From Lama glama (lineage: Eukaryota), in contig CM052817.1 in the NCBI GenBank assembly GCA_028534125.1, forward strand, positions 106,146,001 through 106,210,000: a stretch of DNA of 64,000 bases, given 5' to 3'. Under the pieces are notes generated by a model that saw only the letters and a program-made list of their open reading frames with translations, was not told where the DNA came from and did not search any database. Every line of letters starts with the position of its first letter. The stretch's first letter is position 1. Both the position numbers and the translations under genes were made by a program. Below, in pieces: positions 52,883 to 64,000 of the stretch.

Positions 52883-53799
52883 TCTGTGCCCATGGCAGTT
52901 CGACCCAGGTCTGGGGCCACCCCTTCCCTGGTCCCAGCAGCAGTCGGAGCTAACTTCCCTCTGGGGAACTGGGAGGGACCCTCTCCGGCAGCACGAGGCT
53001 GTTTGGAGCCAGAAAACATCCAGAGCTGCGTCCACACTCGGTGTCACCGGGGGTGAGTGGCTCCAGCCCGCGCAGCCTGGGGCTTCTCTCCTTCCATCTG
53101 GGCTCGTTCCCGCCAGGAAGGGGGTCCCTGGGGGTGTGTCTCTTTGGGGAGCTGAGCTGCTCTGTTTGCAGGCCTCCCGTCTGGGAGTGGATGGAAGTTT
53201 TCAATGACGCCTCCTCGGATGGGTTGTCTGTGTGACTGCAGCTTATTTGTTGTTTTGTTTTATGTGTCTGGTTTTGGGGTGAGCCACTCTGACTTGCGCA
53301 AGATGGAAAATTCTAGCTGCTCCATCTGGGCTCTGTCCCTTGCAAGGAGTGAGCCACTCTGGGTCCTTCCTCTTTTCGGGAGCTGGATGCGTCGGTTTGG
53401 AGGCCTCAGTTTGGGAGAGGAAGTGGAATTTTGAGACTACACCTCACCTGTGACCTTTTGTTTGTGGAACCATGTCTGTTGTTTGTATGTGTGTGTCAGT
53501 ACTTGCATGAGCCGGCTGAGACGTCTTTGAGTAATAGGGCTCACATGTGACAACACCAGGGTGCCTCCCTGTTGCATTGGCCTCACCTGTGGCAGAGCGT
53601 TGCTCAGGATCTTCCCTTTCTCGAGTCTTGGTTTTCATTCAGTTTTGTCTCTGATGGGCATTGGTTGGGACTCTCCATTTTGGAACCAGGGGACTGTGAC
53701 CCTGAGAGACCGTTTTGAATTGTTGTTTGCTTGGTATTTGATAACATCAGCCATGAATAATTAAGTATAACTGACCAGAGCTTTCTTCCCGCTTACATA

Positions 53800-53930
53800 C
53801 AGTCCTCCTAGAGTGTAACTTGCAAAGCTGGGAGATCTTTGCCTATGCTTCCATAAATTAAAGAAAATGATATTTTTATTTTAACGCTGTGTGAGCTCAA
53901 TTCTCCCTGAGATCTGGAGAACAATGACGC
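53800..53930 (+). pseudogene. Frameshifted gag matrix remnant
   Basis: Manual translation across shifts: LLECNLQSWEIF...KKMIF/YFNAV*AQFSLRSGEQ*, like the class I ERV matrix motif LECIL.HW...KK.IF.CN.AWPQY.L..GE.W. Confidence 0.6.
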
Positions 53931-56900
53931 TCAGGGCTCTGCTATTATATGAAAAGGGACCTTTTGCAATTTGGCTTTTATCATGGGTGTGTGTGTGTGT
54001 GTCTTGGTTCCTGAGTCCAAATCCTGTTCTCTCTTCCTGGTTTTGCCATTATCGTCTAATACTGTTATTTCTTTAAAGTGAAGTGGGTATTTCAGAACAG
54101 GAAAAAAAAAATCCCTTATACAGAACCCAAGATCTCCATTAGAAGAGGAATTTTCATTTCTTTTTGTGTGACTTTGAAATACAAGTCATCTACCCAGGCT
54201 CTCAAGGAAAAAGGGGTTTTTAAACTCAAGCAGAAAAACTGCGATCTCTGTCTCTGTCTTTAAGTAAAAATTAACATGTAGAAGAGCTCATATGATCAAA
54301 CTTAAGGCTCATGTGACCTAGAAAATAATCAGCATTAAATTAATATCTGATATTAAAGCTACTTTAAACTTGTTGATATAATCAACACCAAAACACATCT
54401 TTTATTGCACCTGGATTTACTGAAAGCCAATAGGTTTATGTTGTTTCTTTTCTGAGTTCGACAGCAGGAAGAAAGAAAAAAAGTCAATTAACTCGATATG
54501 ACAAAGTTCTTGACAAAATTCTGACAAAATTCTTATCAGTAAATTAAATTTAAATAGCATTATAGCTTTTGAGGGAACTCTTTAGTAATAATTCTGTTTT
54601 AGGAGTGTCTACTGAAACATGATCTCTCCAAATACTTGGTAACTTGAGATTGGAGAGCTGTGCTAACTGAAGTTAAATGATGGAAGTTTGTTGAATAGCT
54701 AGGTCATTCCCAAACAAAATAAGATACTGAAACATAATTTACTAAGCATTGGCTTCCCTTTACAGAGAAACTAAAGGTGATTGGGACTATTATTAAATAT
54801 GTTTGGTGCCACAATAAGATATTTTGTATAAAAAGCAATATTTTTTGAAATTATTATTGGTATTTATGTTTGCCAATCTGTACAATGCTAATGTAAAATG
54901 CATTTTATAATTGCTAACTTCTTTGTGTTCACTAGAAATTAAGGTTTTTAAGAGTTGCAAACTCTAAAGATGTCATTAAAGCTACTAAAATAATAAAGGA
55001 AACATTTCAGTACAGTAAAAAAAAAAAGTAGGATATATGTTTTGAATAAAAAGTATGAGCAATGGATGTGCATTTTGTTAAGGGAAAATTTTATAGAAAG
55101 GACCCCTATAAAAGGACTTTTGTGTATGGTTGAGGTGTGATTAAATTAAATTTAAGTAGGTAAAGGGATTTTGTTATTGAAAGTAGACTAGTACAGGACT
55201 AGATTTGGTTTCTCTCTGTTAAGAGAACAAGTTTACTTAGAATGCTTTTGATTACAGACTGTGTGAAGCTTTGATGTTGTTGACAAACTTCCTATCAAAG
55301 TATAATCAAAGTTCTTTTGACTGCAGCTAACTTTAGGATGCTTCAGAGGACCCCTGAGCCATCTCAGAGAAAAATATTGAACTAACTAGGATTGACTGCT
55401 ATGGTAAATTACATGACAAAGTCAAAGGAGTGATAAGTCTCCTCAGATTATATGATATGGATAAATGTTATTACTATAGACGTCCTGAAAGTGATGTAAG
55501 GTTTCTGAAAGTTAGATACATCCTGGTATAATGCTGTCAGTCATAATTCCAGTTGTTATCTTAAAAGGTTGTATGTCACAGCAACTTGGTCAAACTAGAT
55601 TAAGTCAAAAATGTTGTAACCAGCTCTTAAACCTTACCTTTTTAAGTGTTTTGTCATTCATAGGTAATTAAGCTGATGCTTTGCAAAACTGCTTCATCTT
55701 GAATAATATTCATAAAATGGACTTTTTGACAAGTACAGTTTCTTTTAAAAAATACTGCTGAGCTGGATAAGGTACTTGAAAAGTCTAATGAAAACTCTGA
55801 TTTCATAAAACTATTAGTAAAAATGGTTGATTACATAGGATTGAGTAAACTGGTGAATACGTTTCTGATTTTTTAGTTTTGTCTGAAACATTTCTGGCTT
55901 TTAATCTACATTTTCTAGTTGAATTATTTATCAAATGTTTGTCTCTCAATCAGTATTGAAAGTCATTGTTTTACTTCAAAACACCGTATTGCCCCCAGTG
56001 TTTAGGCCAGAAAGAGAACTCCCTGATGGAGCTGTCGCAGCACAACCTCTCATGGTGCACAGCAGTGCTTGCCCTGTGTCTGTTGCTAAAAGCACACGCA
56101 CTATGCTTGTGTAACAATGGGGTAGAAGTGATGAATGTATGGCCTGTAAAGTGTGTCCCCATTAGCATGTTCCTGATCCTGTTCATGACATCTGGTTAGT
56201 TTTCACCCCACATGGATAACTAGGCAAATAGAAAGGAACCCCAGCACTGAGGGACGTGCTCTGAACCTGGGGTGGGAGCCCTCACCCCAGCATTCAGAGA
56301 CTAATATTTTGATCATCAATGTTTTCTATTGAAAGGTTTGCAATCAGAAGGGGAAATGATGGGAAAATCTGCACACACTGAGGTGTGGGGAAGTCATTCT
56401 GGCTTATACATAGTTTAACTTAAACTTTACTGATCAAAACTCCCTGTTTTGTGGCCTGTTGGACATGCATTGTACATCTGCTTTGGCCTTGAGGAGGGGA
56501 ATGCACTTAGAAGTCAAAATGGAGTAGCTGTGGTTCAGACATTCAAGGGAAAACTAGATGGCCTGATACGTTCTTGTATTGTGGAGAACTAGAATTTTCT
56601 GAGCTGTGTCAGACTCAAGAGACCACCACCCATGCTCAAAGCAGTGCCTGCTGGCAGCTGCAAACTTATGATCTCAAGGTCTCCTCTTGTAACTATTACA
56701 TTTTTAGGTAGAAAATTTATTTTAGATCAGATGTTAGCAAAAAAGAAAAAAAAAGGTGTGTAATGGCCAATAACTCCTTTTATGTATATGTTGATACCAC
56801 GTCAGAAGTTAAAACCTACTTACATAAATGTATACAACTGGCTGCAAGTCTCCCCCAGAGTGCCAGGTCCAGACTGGTTTTCAGGCTCATTCTCCTGAAT

Positions 56901-57316
56901 TCCTCAGAGAATTGGGGATTGAGATCTGTTTTGTCTTTTAAAGTTCTGGTTGTAACTCTTCCATCCACTTCTAATTGGGCCTGTTGGCACTAAAAGGGTG
57001 GACTAAAGGTCTGGGATCTTAATCATACAAGCCTAGGATCCAGGACTCGAAACTCAGGAATATTTTCAACTCGGTGTCCGTCCCCCAGATTAAGGCAGGA
57101 CAATGGCCCATTTCAGCAGGAAGTAGCCAGTCATCTCCCTGCTCCCTGAAAGATTTGGGGAAGGAAGAAATAGGATTGGAGATTAAGACCAAGTCCTCCT
57201 AAAACCAGGTTCCTCTGCCGAGTTGATGGCTAACCTCTCTGTCCAAACGTTATTCCCTTTCTCATCCAACACCTGTTCTCCTCGAGACTGAGGGCTATCA
57301 AAGAAAAGGGGGGAAC

Positions 57317-57786
57317 TGTAACATGATCAGGGCCCTGTGGAGCCTTCCCAGGACATGTCTCCCCCATGTCCTCTGCTGCAGCTCCTCTCTGAAGCACCCA
57401 GAGAATAGTATCTCATGTATATTTCCTGAGTGTTTCAGATGCTAAAAACCACCACTAATGGTAAGAAATTTACGGCTTGATGATCTAGAGCAAGTGGCCC
57501 CCTGGTCTTCAGGCACCTGGGGGTTGACAGTGTTGACTGCTCTGTTCCCTTGACATCAACCAGAGGATTGTGCACAGGCTGATACAGGCTGATAAGGGAT
57601 CCTGTGATCCCCTCCCTCACCCGCCTTTAAATTGGCTTTGCTGAAACCCTTCAGGGTTTTCTTGAGCATGAGTCACCCCTCCTCCATGCTCGGCCCTGCA
57701 ATCAACATTTCTCTGCTCCAAACTCTGACGTTTTGGTTCGTTTGACCTCATGGTGTGTAAGGCACACAGACTTTCCTTCCGTAAGA
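57317..57786 (+). mobile_element. 3' LTR
   Basis: Colinear with the 5' LTR, about 80% identical by eye; preceded by the PPT. Confidence 0.92.
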
Positions 57787-57790
57787 TTGT

Positions 57791-58062
57791 AGGTAATAGT
57801 ATTTACGCACATTGTTTGGAAATCCTCTGTAAGGAAGATTCTTCTCCCCTCCCCTGTTTACATATTCAAAATTTATATCACTATGGACTCGTGTAAATTT
57901 GCTTTGTATTTTGGATTATATTCCAAATCTACACTATTATGTTGCTCAAATTTTTCCAGTTTTGGGCCATGGGGGATTTTTTTCAAATTGGTTCCTGTGT
58001 CCCTTTGATATCCCCTCATTCCTTTGGTCGGGAGCATCATCTTAATTTGTGGTACTACAGTC
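57791..58062 (-). mobile_element. L1MC-like 3'UTR, right part
   Basis: atatcactatggactc...gttgctcaaatttttccagttttgggccatggg...ggttcctgtgtccctttga continues 51915-52375. Confidence 0.8.
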
Positions 58063-58224
58063 ATATCTCTAAAAAGATGTCTTAAAAAAAAAGCTATTGA
58101 TATGTTTTTATACTCCAGTAGGAGCCTTTCTGCTAAAGGTTACAATCAAAGTTCTATTTGATTAAGAGTGTTAATTGTAAATCTAAATAAAAATGGTCTA
58201 GACAAATTCTATTTTTCAAAGCCT

Positions 58225-59300
58225 TGCTTCTTGTATCAATTATTGATAGAAATGTGGCAAAATCTCCCTCCATAATGGCAAATTTGCCAATTCACCTTAT
58301 CTGTCACTTTTGCATGTTGATTTATGCGTTTTGAGATGATTTTTTTCTGCTTAAATAGAACTTTAGAATTTTTAGAGATTGCTCATTATACTGTTTTAAA
58401 ACATAGTTGTCTATTTATTAATGTATTCTATTTTTATATCTATCTTTGATAATGTGGCTATTATGTTTACTTCCCCCCTTTTTAATGTTTAATTAATTAA
58501 AATGAGGTAGAATTGACTTTCATGGTATATTAGTCTCAGGTGTACAACGTACTGATTCGTCTTTTGTATACACTGCAAAATGATAACCAGAACTTTTGCT
58601 TTATTTTGTTAGTATTTCCTACTATGCAACTTGATATCCTTTTATTTCCAAACATTCTCTACTCTTAAGTTTTAAATTTCATTTACTTATTTTCATTGAG
58701 AGTTTAATTCATTTTTATTCACATAGTTTCTCATATGGTGGCATCAAATTCTACCATCACACTTTGTGATTTCTATTTCCACTTGACTGCTTCTGTTTCT
58801 TTAGGTACTTACTTTTTTGTATGTTTCAACATGGGTGTCTAAGTCTTTTTTCTATTCTATTAGATCATAATCATAGCTTTGTCTATTACTTTAGCAGTTA
58901 CCTTAGAAACTATAAATATTTAAGTAAGCAATATCTATTTTAATCAATAATTCATTCCACTCCAAAACAAGAAAAATATATGAAAGTACTCTAATCCTAG
59001 TATTCCTACCAATTATTTCAGTGTTTTAGTTGTGTCTTATTTCTTTGTGCTTATAAACTAGATATTACAACTATTGCTTTACAATATTTCTGTTTATCCA
59101 TATTTACCCTAATGTCAACATTTTTTTTTTTTTGCTGAGCATTCCTCCTTGAATTTCAGCTTTCTTTCTAGAATCAATTTCCTTTTTTCTAAAATACATT
59201 TATTGGAAATTTTTAAAATGGAGTGTTGGGAAAATGAGTTCTTCTTTCCTGAAAATACTTTTCTTTTTGCTGTCATTTACAGTATAATCTCCCTGCTTAT
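58225..59300 (-). mobile_element. Very old L1 fragment (ORF2 start/ORF1) with a small nested L1 3' end at ~58480-58590
   Basis: atcaattattgatagaaatgtggcaaaatctccctccataatgg; nested ttagtctcaggtgtacaacgtactgattcg. Confidence 0.6.
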
Positions 59301-60558
59301 ATTAGTACATTAAGAGTTATTGAACAGTATGCATCCATCTTCTGGAATGATTTGGCAAGAATAAAAAAATTCATGATAGTGAGCATGTGAAGTTTTATAA
59401 CTTCAAAAATCTGTTTAATTCATTGTTGATCATTTATTAGAACTGAAGATATGCATCCTAAAGATATATAAATATGCAACAAAGAATAAAATAATTTAAA
59501 CTTTTACATAGAATTGTTATCTGTAATAGCCAACATATGGAAACAATCCAAGTGGCCTTAAATGATATATTTATGTGGGTGGTTAGGATCATTACTCCCA
59601 ATTATTTACTGACCCTTCCTGTAAGAGAATAACACATATCTTTCCTCTTTAATTTTCGGTGTGGATGTATGAATTGCTTGAGAATGTATGTAAGATACAG
59701 AGAAAAAAATAATTGTTGTAATGCATGGAGATTTGGAGGTTGTTCCACTCAGCATCTCTCTTGTACACAGACAGAAGGACTCCTTCCTTAAACACCACAT
59801 ATTAGAAGACCGAGCATAAGAAGAAAAACAAACATAGTATTTTGGAAAAGACTCTGAGAACTTTGTCACTTAGAATCTTGTGACAAACCCTGGCACAGCA
59901 TAATCTGTAATTCTAAACACCAGCGTAATAGGTAACAGAGATCAGTGCTTCACACAAATATGACCATGTCTGAATCTATAAAGGTTTGTGGTTTGCGTAA
60001 CTACTAACATTACAGTCAAATGTTGCTTTGGAGTGAGGAGACGTTGAATGGCAGAGGTGTGCAAGTGACAGCAAAACCAAATTAATCCACTTGCCAGGCT
60101 CTTCCTCTTAGATATTAAAATGCAAAGAAGTAGTATTTCTAACAGTAGCAAACATCCAGTTCCTACATTTTCTTCTGGTTTTCTTTGTGCTTCCGAAGGA
60201 AGTCAAAAATTAGTATAGTATTGAAAAGTTTAACACAGAGACCAAGGAACATTTTGCAATATTATGATGAATAGTGCTTTTAAACATATATGTATGGAGT
60301 TCTAAATGTAACACGCATTAACTTTTCCTTGCACACTTATAAATTTACTTCTGCATCAGCTGTCACCATCTATTTATAAAAAATATATTAAAATTATTTG
60401 TTTTCTCTCACTTCTTTCCATATTAATTTCTCTTCTTTCTGCCTCCATCCCTCATCTATCATCTATAACTTACCAATATAATAAAACACTTGTCATAACA
60501 GTGGTGGTCTACTAGTGAAAGGAGACAGATTTTTGTGATCAATATATTCTCAAGTTTG

Positions 60559-60656
60559 GCGGGGTGTGGGTATAGCTCAAAGGTAGAGTGCTTGCTTAGC
60601 ACTGGGTTCAATCCCCAATACCTCTTTAAAAGAAAAAGAAAAAGAAAAAGAAAAAG
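60559..60656 (+). mobile_element. tRNA-derived SINE, Vic-1 type, internally deleted
   Basis: gggtatagctcaaaggtagagtgcttgcttagca|ctgggttcaatcccc; (AAAAAG)n tail; TSD tattctcaagtttg (60545-60558) / tattttcaagtatg (60657-60670). Confidence 0.85.
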
Positions 60657-60859
60657 TATTTTCAAGTATGTGTGGTTTGTTAGTACTTTCTACTTATCAC
60701 CATATTAATCAATTAATTCATACAAAAATTTATTTGACATGAAATGAATATCAATTATATTCCAGACATTGGAATATACCTGAGATAAGGCTGAAAGCAA
60801 AAAACCACATGACTTCAGGGGATTGGGAAGGAGGGTGACATTAACGAAAATTCCTCCTG

Positions 60860-62785
60860 TGTTTATATTTCTTCTTCATTTTTGGAGGGCAATTTCTATG
60901 AACATAGTATTCTTGGTTGCTTTGCAGTTTTTTTTTTTTTCTTTCAGTACTTTGAATGTACAGTCTCACTTCTTTCTTTCTGCAAGGTTTCTACTGAAAA
61001 ATCCACTGACAGTCTTACAGGGGATTCTTTGTTCTTGATGAGTTGTTTTCTCTTGCTGCTTTCAAAATTTTCTCTTTGTTTTGGGCTTTTGATTATTTGG
61101 TTACGTGTGACTCAATGTGTTTGTTAGGTTCACCACAGTTGAGCTCTACTGGGCTTCTTGAATCTGGACGTTCATTTCCTTCCCCAGATTTAGGAAGATT
61201 TCAGTCGTTATTTATTCAGTTAAGCTTTCTGTTCCTTACTCTCTCTCCCCTCCTTCTGGCACTTCTGTAATGTGTATATTGATTGTCTTACTGGTGTCCC
61301 ACGGATCCCTTTGGTTCTCTTCACTCCTCTTTTTCTTTTTTTTTCTTTTTGTTCCTCTGATTGCATAATGTCAAGTGGTCTACCTTTAAATTTCTCTTCT
61401 TTTGATCAAGTCTACTGTTTAATCACTCTAGTGAATTTTTCAATTCAGTTACTAATTACCAACCCAACAATTTCTGTTTGGTTCTTTTTCATATTTTATC
61501 TATTTGTTGATATTCTCATTTTTATGCATCATTTTTCTGAGTTCTTTGAGCATCATTATGACAGTTATTTTTAATTATTTGTCAGGTAATGTATGTATCT
61601 CTGTTTCTTTGTGGTCAAATTCTGGAGATTTATTTTCTTCCTTTAGATGGGCCATAGTTCTCTGTGTGCCCTGTTACTTTGTGTTGGGATCTGCATGCTT
61701 GCAAAAAACAGTCACAGCTTCTAGTGTTTACTGACATTTTTTTTTAAACAGGAAAGCTATTCACCAGTTGATTCAGCTAGAAATGTGGGGAACCCCTCAA
61801 CCTTTTCTGTGTATTCATCTTTCCTGGAGTTTTGCATGTGAATTCCTAATTAGAAATGATTTACTGGTTCCCTTTTTTCAGTACCCTGTAGCTCCTGCCC
61901 TCTCTGATGTCTGTCAGCAGACCCCAGGCACCTAGAACATGCAGGGACCCATCAGTGCTCTGAGCCTGGTGAGACAAAAAACAGTCCCTTGGGCAGTCAC
62001 CATAAAGCTGGAATGATGGATCCACACTCCACCCTTCCCTGTCCTCTCTAAGGGAGAAACCATCAACCTGTGTCAGCCTCTAGCTGCTGTACGATGGGTC
62101 CTTTGGGGCAGCAGTAAGTGGTCCAGCTTTGGTTGTTGTTATTCTTGAAGGTCCTGTAGCATCTAGTGTATGTGAGGTCCTGTCAGCACTCTAAGCCAGA
62201 AGAACCAGAAACCAACCCCTTGGTAGCCCTCCATGAAGCTGGAGTGTCAGGTGCAGGCATGTTTCATTCAAGAGAGAGGGCCTGGAGCTTTCTCCCTTGG
62301 GCTCTGTGCTGAGCTAGGGGAGGGGCAGTGGTGAGCCAGTGCATGAGCAATGGGTTCACCCAGTTCAAGCTGTCACCTTTTTCTCAGTGACCCCCAACCT
62401 GGCACTCTTTCCTGTGAGCACTTCTATTGAAGCAAGACAGAAACCAGTCCCTTGGGTAGCCTTCTGAAAAGTCGGAATGTTAGACTTTGTTTCAGACTAC
62501 TCTTTCTACACCCCCCAACCCAAGAAGCAGCTAAGAGTTGGGAGTTTCCTTCCGACTGTGTTGGCAATGAGCCAGGTGGAGGGGCTCTGGCAAGTTTTAT
62601 TGCCGTGGATTTTCCTGCTGTCTTTGATGCAGCTGGTTTCATGCTCCCCTGAGGTGCAAGATACTCTTAACTTTTCAGTAGAATTCTCACAAAGGATTTG
62701 GGTCTACGTGTTGTTGAATGAGCTGAATCATGGAGTTCAATCTCCATGATGGAAGGAGTGTGAGCCATCTTTCTGGCATCACCCC
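60860..62785 (-). mobile_element. Old L1 5' part (5'UTR and ORF1 remnant)
   Basis: Antisense ORF1 motifs (tctgcaaggtttctactgaaaaatccactgacagtct, ccttccccagatttaggaagattttcag); 5' terminus reads aagatggc on the minus strand near 62764-62771. Confidence 0.85.
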
Positions 62786-64000
62786 CAATTAATGGCTAGT
62801 ATTGAATCATATTTTACCTGATATATTTTCTTGTGGTTAATACAATTTGGAGGAAAATACAGCCTGCATCTGTAGCAATATGGAAAAGAGAGATGACTCG
62901 TTAATAAGAGAATGAGTAAGAGAAAGAAAAAGAGAAGGAAAGAGAAAGAATCTGGTTAAACAAGTCTACTTGCTTAGACTTCCAGCATCCAAGCCAAGGG
63001 GTTTAGAAGCAGGCAGTTTTTAGTTCCAGACAATAACTGGAGGGCACATCATGGCCCCATGAAGTTGGCAAGAAGTTAAACTTTTAAACACATCATGTGT
63101 TCCAAGATATGTCATGTCATGAACTTGTTTTAAAACAGAAAGATTAAGAGCAAATCCTTAACTGATGGATCAAAACCTAGAATTATATAATATATTTACT
63201 GATCAGGAATATTTCAATAAATGGTTATGGAAAGCCTACAGTTTAACATGTTTATTATATCTGAAGTTAAGAGTAACTGTCAGGTTGTATCATTATTATG
63301 ATCAACATAAATTTTATGCTTAATTTTCAGGCTGAAATGTAAAATTTTAGAAGTTTGTTTAACCAAAAATAGATGAGTAAATGCAGTGGACACATCAAGA
63401 AGTTACAAATAATAAAATGAAGCAATAATAGTGAAATTATTGAGAAATGGAAGATCCTTTCATATATTCTGATACCTTCACAGAAGTTAAGGCTCTCAAA
63501 GTCACGGTGCTGTTACTTGAGAATAAAATATAATGAGATTAACCTTTATCTTCTAGAAGAGATTGTCTGGTAAAAAGCAGAGATTTCAGTTGAATTTTGG
63601 ACTGCTTGGTCCTGACTTTTACTTACTGTGATCTGGAAGGCAAGATGGGGCACAAGGGAATTAAAATTATATTCTACTTTAACTTCATCTGACTATTTGC
63701 TGCAAAACTAAGATTGCTAAACCTGATGAGATCTATGTCAAAGTTAGGGTAGATTTTAGTAGTAAGTCACAAGGTGGTCTATAAATCAATTACATCTGTG
63801 ATGAGAATCCCAGGGATTATTTTAAAATGTGGTGATCTGAGTCTTTCTCCAAAGACTTCTAAATTGTGGGTTGTACTGGAAGAAGCAGGGAGGGGGAGGC
63901 TACAAAATTTCACACCAAAAGGTCCCCTAGATGAAAACCTACATTTACAGGTGAAATGAAGTAGTTCGTGGCATCCAATATTCCAGTCAATAAAATTAAG

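Larger units (their letters stand above)
52376..57786 (+). mobile_element. Two-LTR non-autonomous class I ERV (MER4-group-like organisation)
   Basis: Homologous LTRs at 52376-52859 and 57317-57786; primer-binding site at 52864; PPT aagaaaaggggggaac at 57301-57316; TSD ctgt/ttgt; no pol-like ORF. Confidence 0.92.

Noticed and set aside
52750..53434. ORF cluster up to 114 aa
   Set aside because: GC-rich ERV leader; no gag-like sequence in these frames
55966..56199. 77-aa ORF as a possible env N-terminal remnant or co-opted peptide
   Set aside because: Resemblance is too weak; no furin site, immunosuppressive domain or CX6CC motif is visible
63560..63990. Possible MIR and MER5 remnants
   Set aside because: Too decayed to call by eye

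Overview
AT-rich mammalian intronic or intergenic DNA, most likely camelid (alpaca, llama or camel) because two tRNA-derived SINEs match the camelid Vic-1 pattern. I found no protein-coding gene, RNA gene or processed pseudogene that I can support. The listed ORFs are chance frames, decayed L1 ORF2 pieces or artefacts of two 500-N gaps. Much of the window is recognisable transposon debris: many L1 3' ends with target-site duplications (TSDs), a 4.2-kb internally deleted L1 that keeps both ends, older L1M/L2/MIR pieces, MER47/MER58/MER5 DNA transposons, an ERVL LTR16 with adjacent internal sequence, a solo ERV1 LTR, and a 5.4-kb two-LTR non-coding class I ERV. The best observations are (1) a small L1 3' transduction nested in an older L1, (2) a 72-nt hairpin with a 15-bp perfect stem in non-repeat DNA, (3) a probably chimeric non-autonomous ERV with a second internal polypurine tract (PPT), and (4) an L1 whose 5'UTR is fused directly to ORF2. 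None is demonstrably a new biological system. Repeat family names come from recalled consensus sequences, not from a database search.
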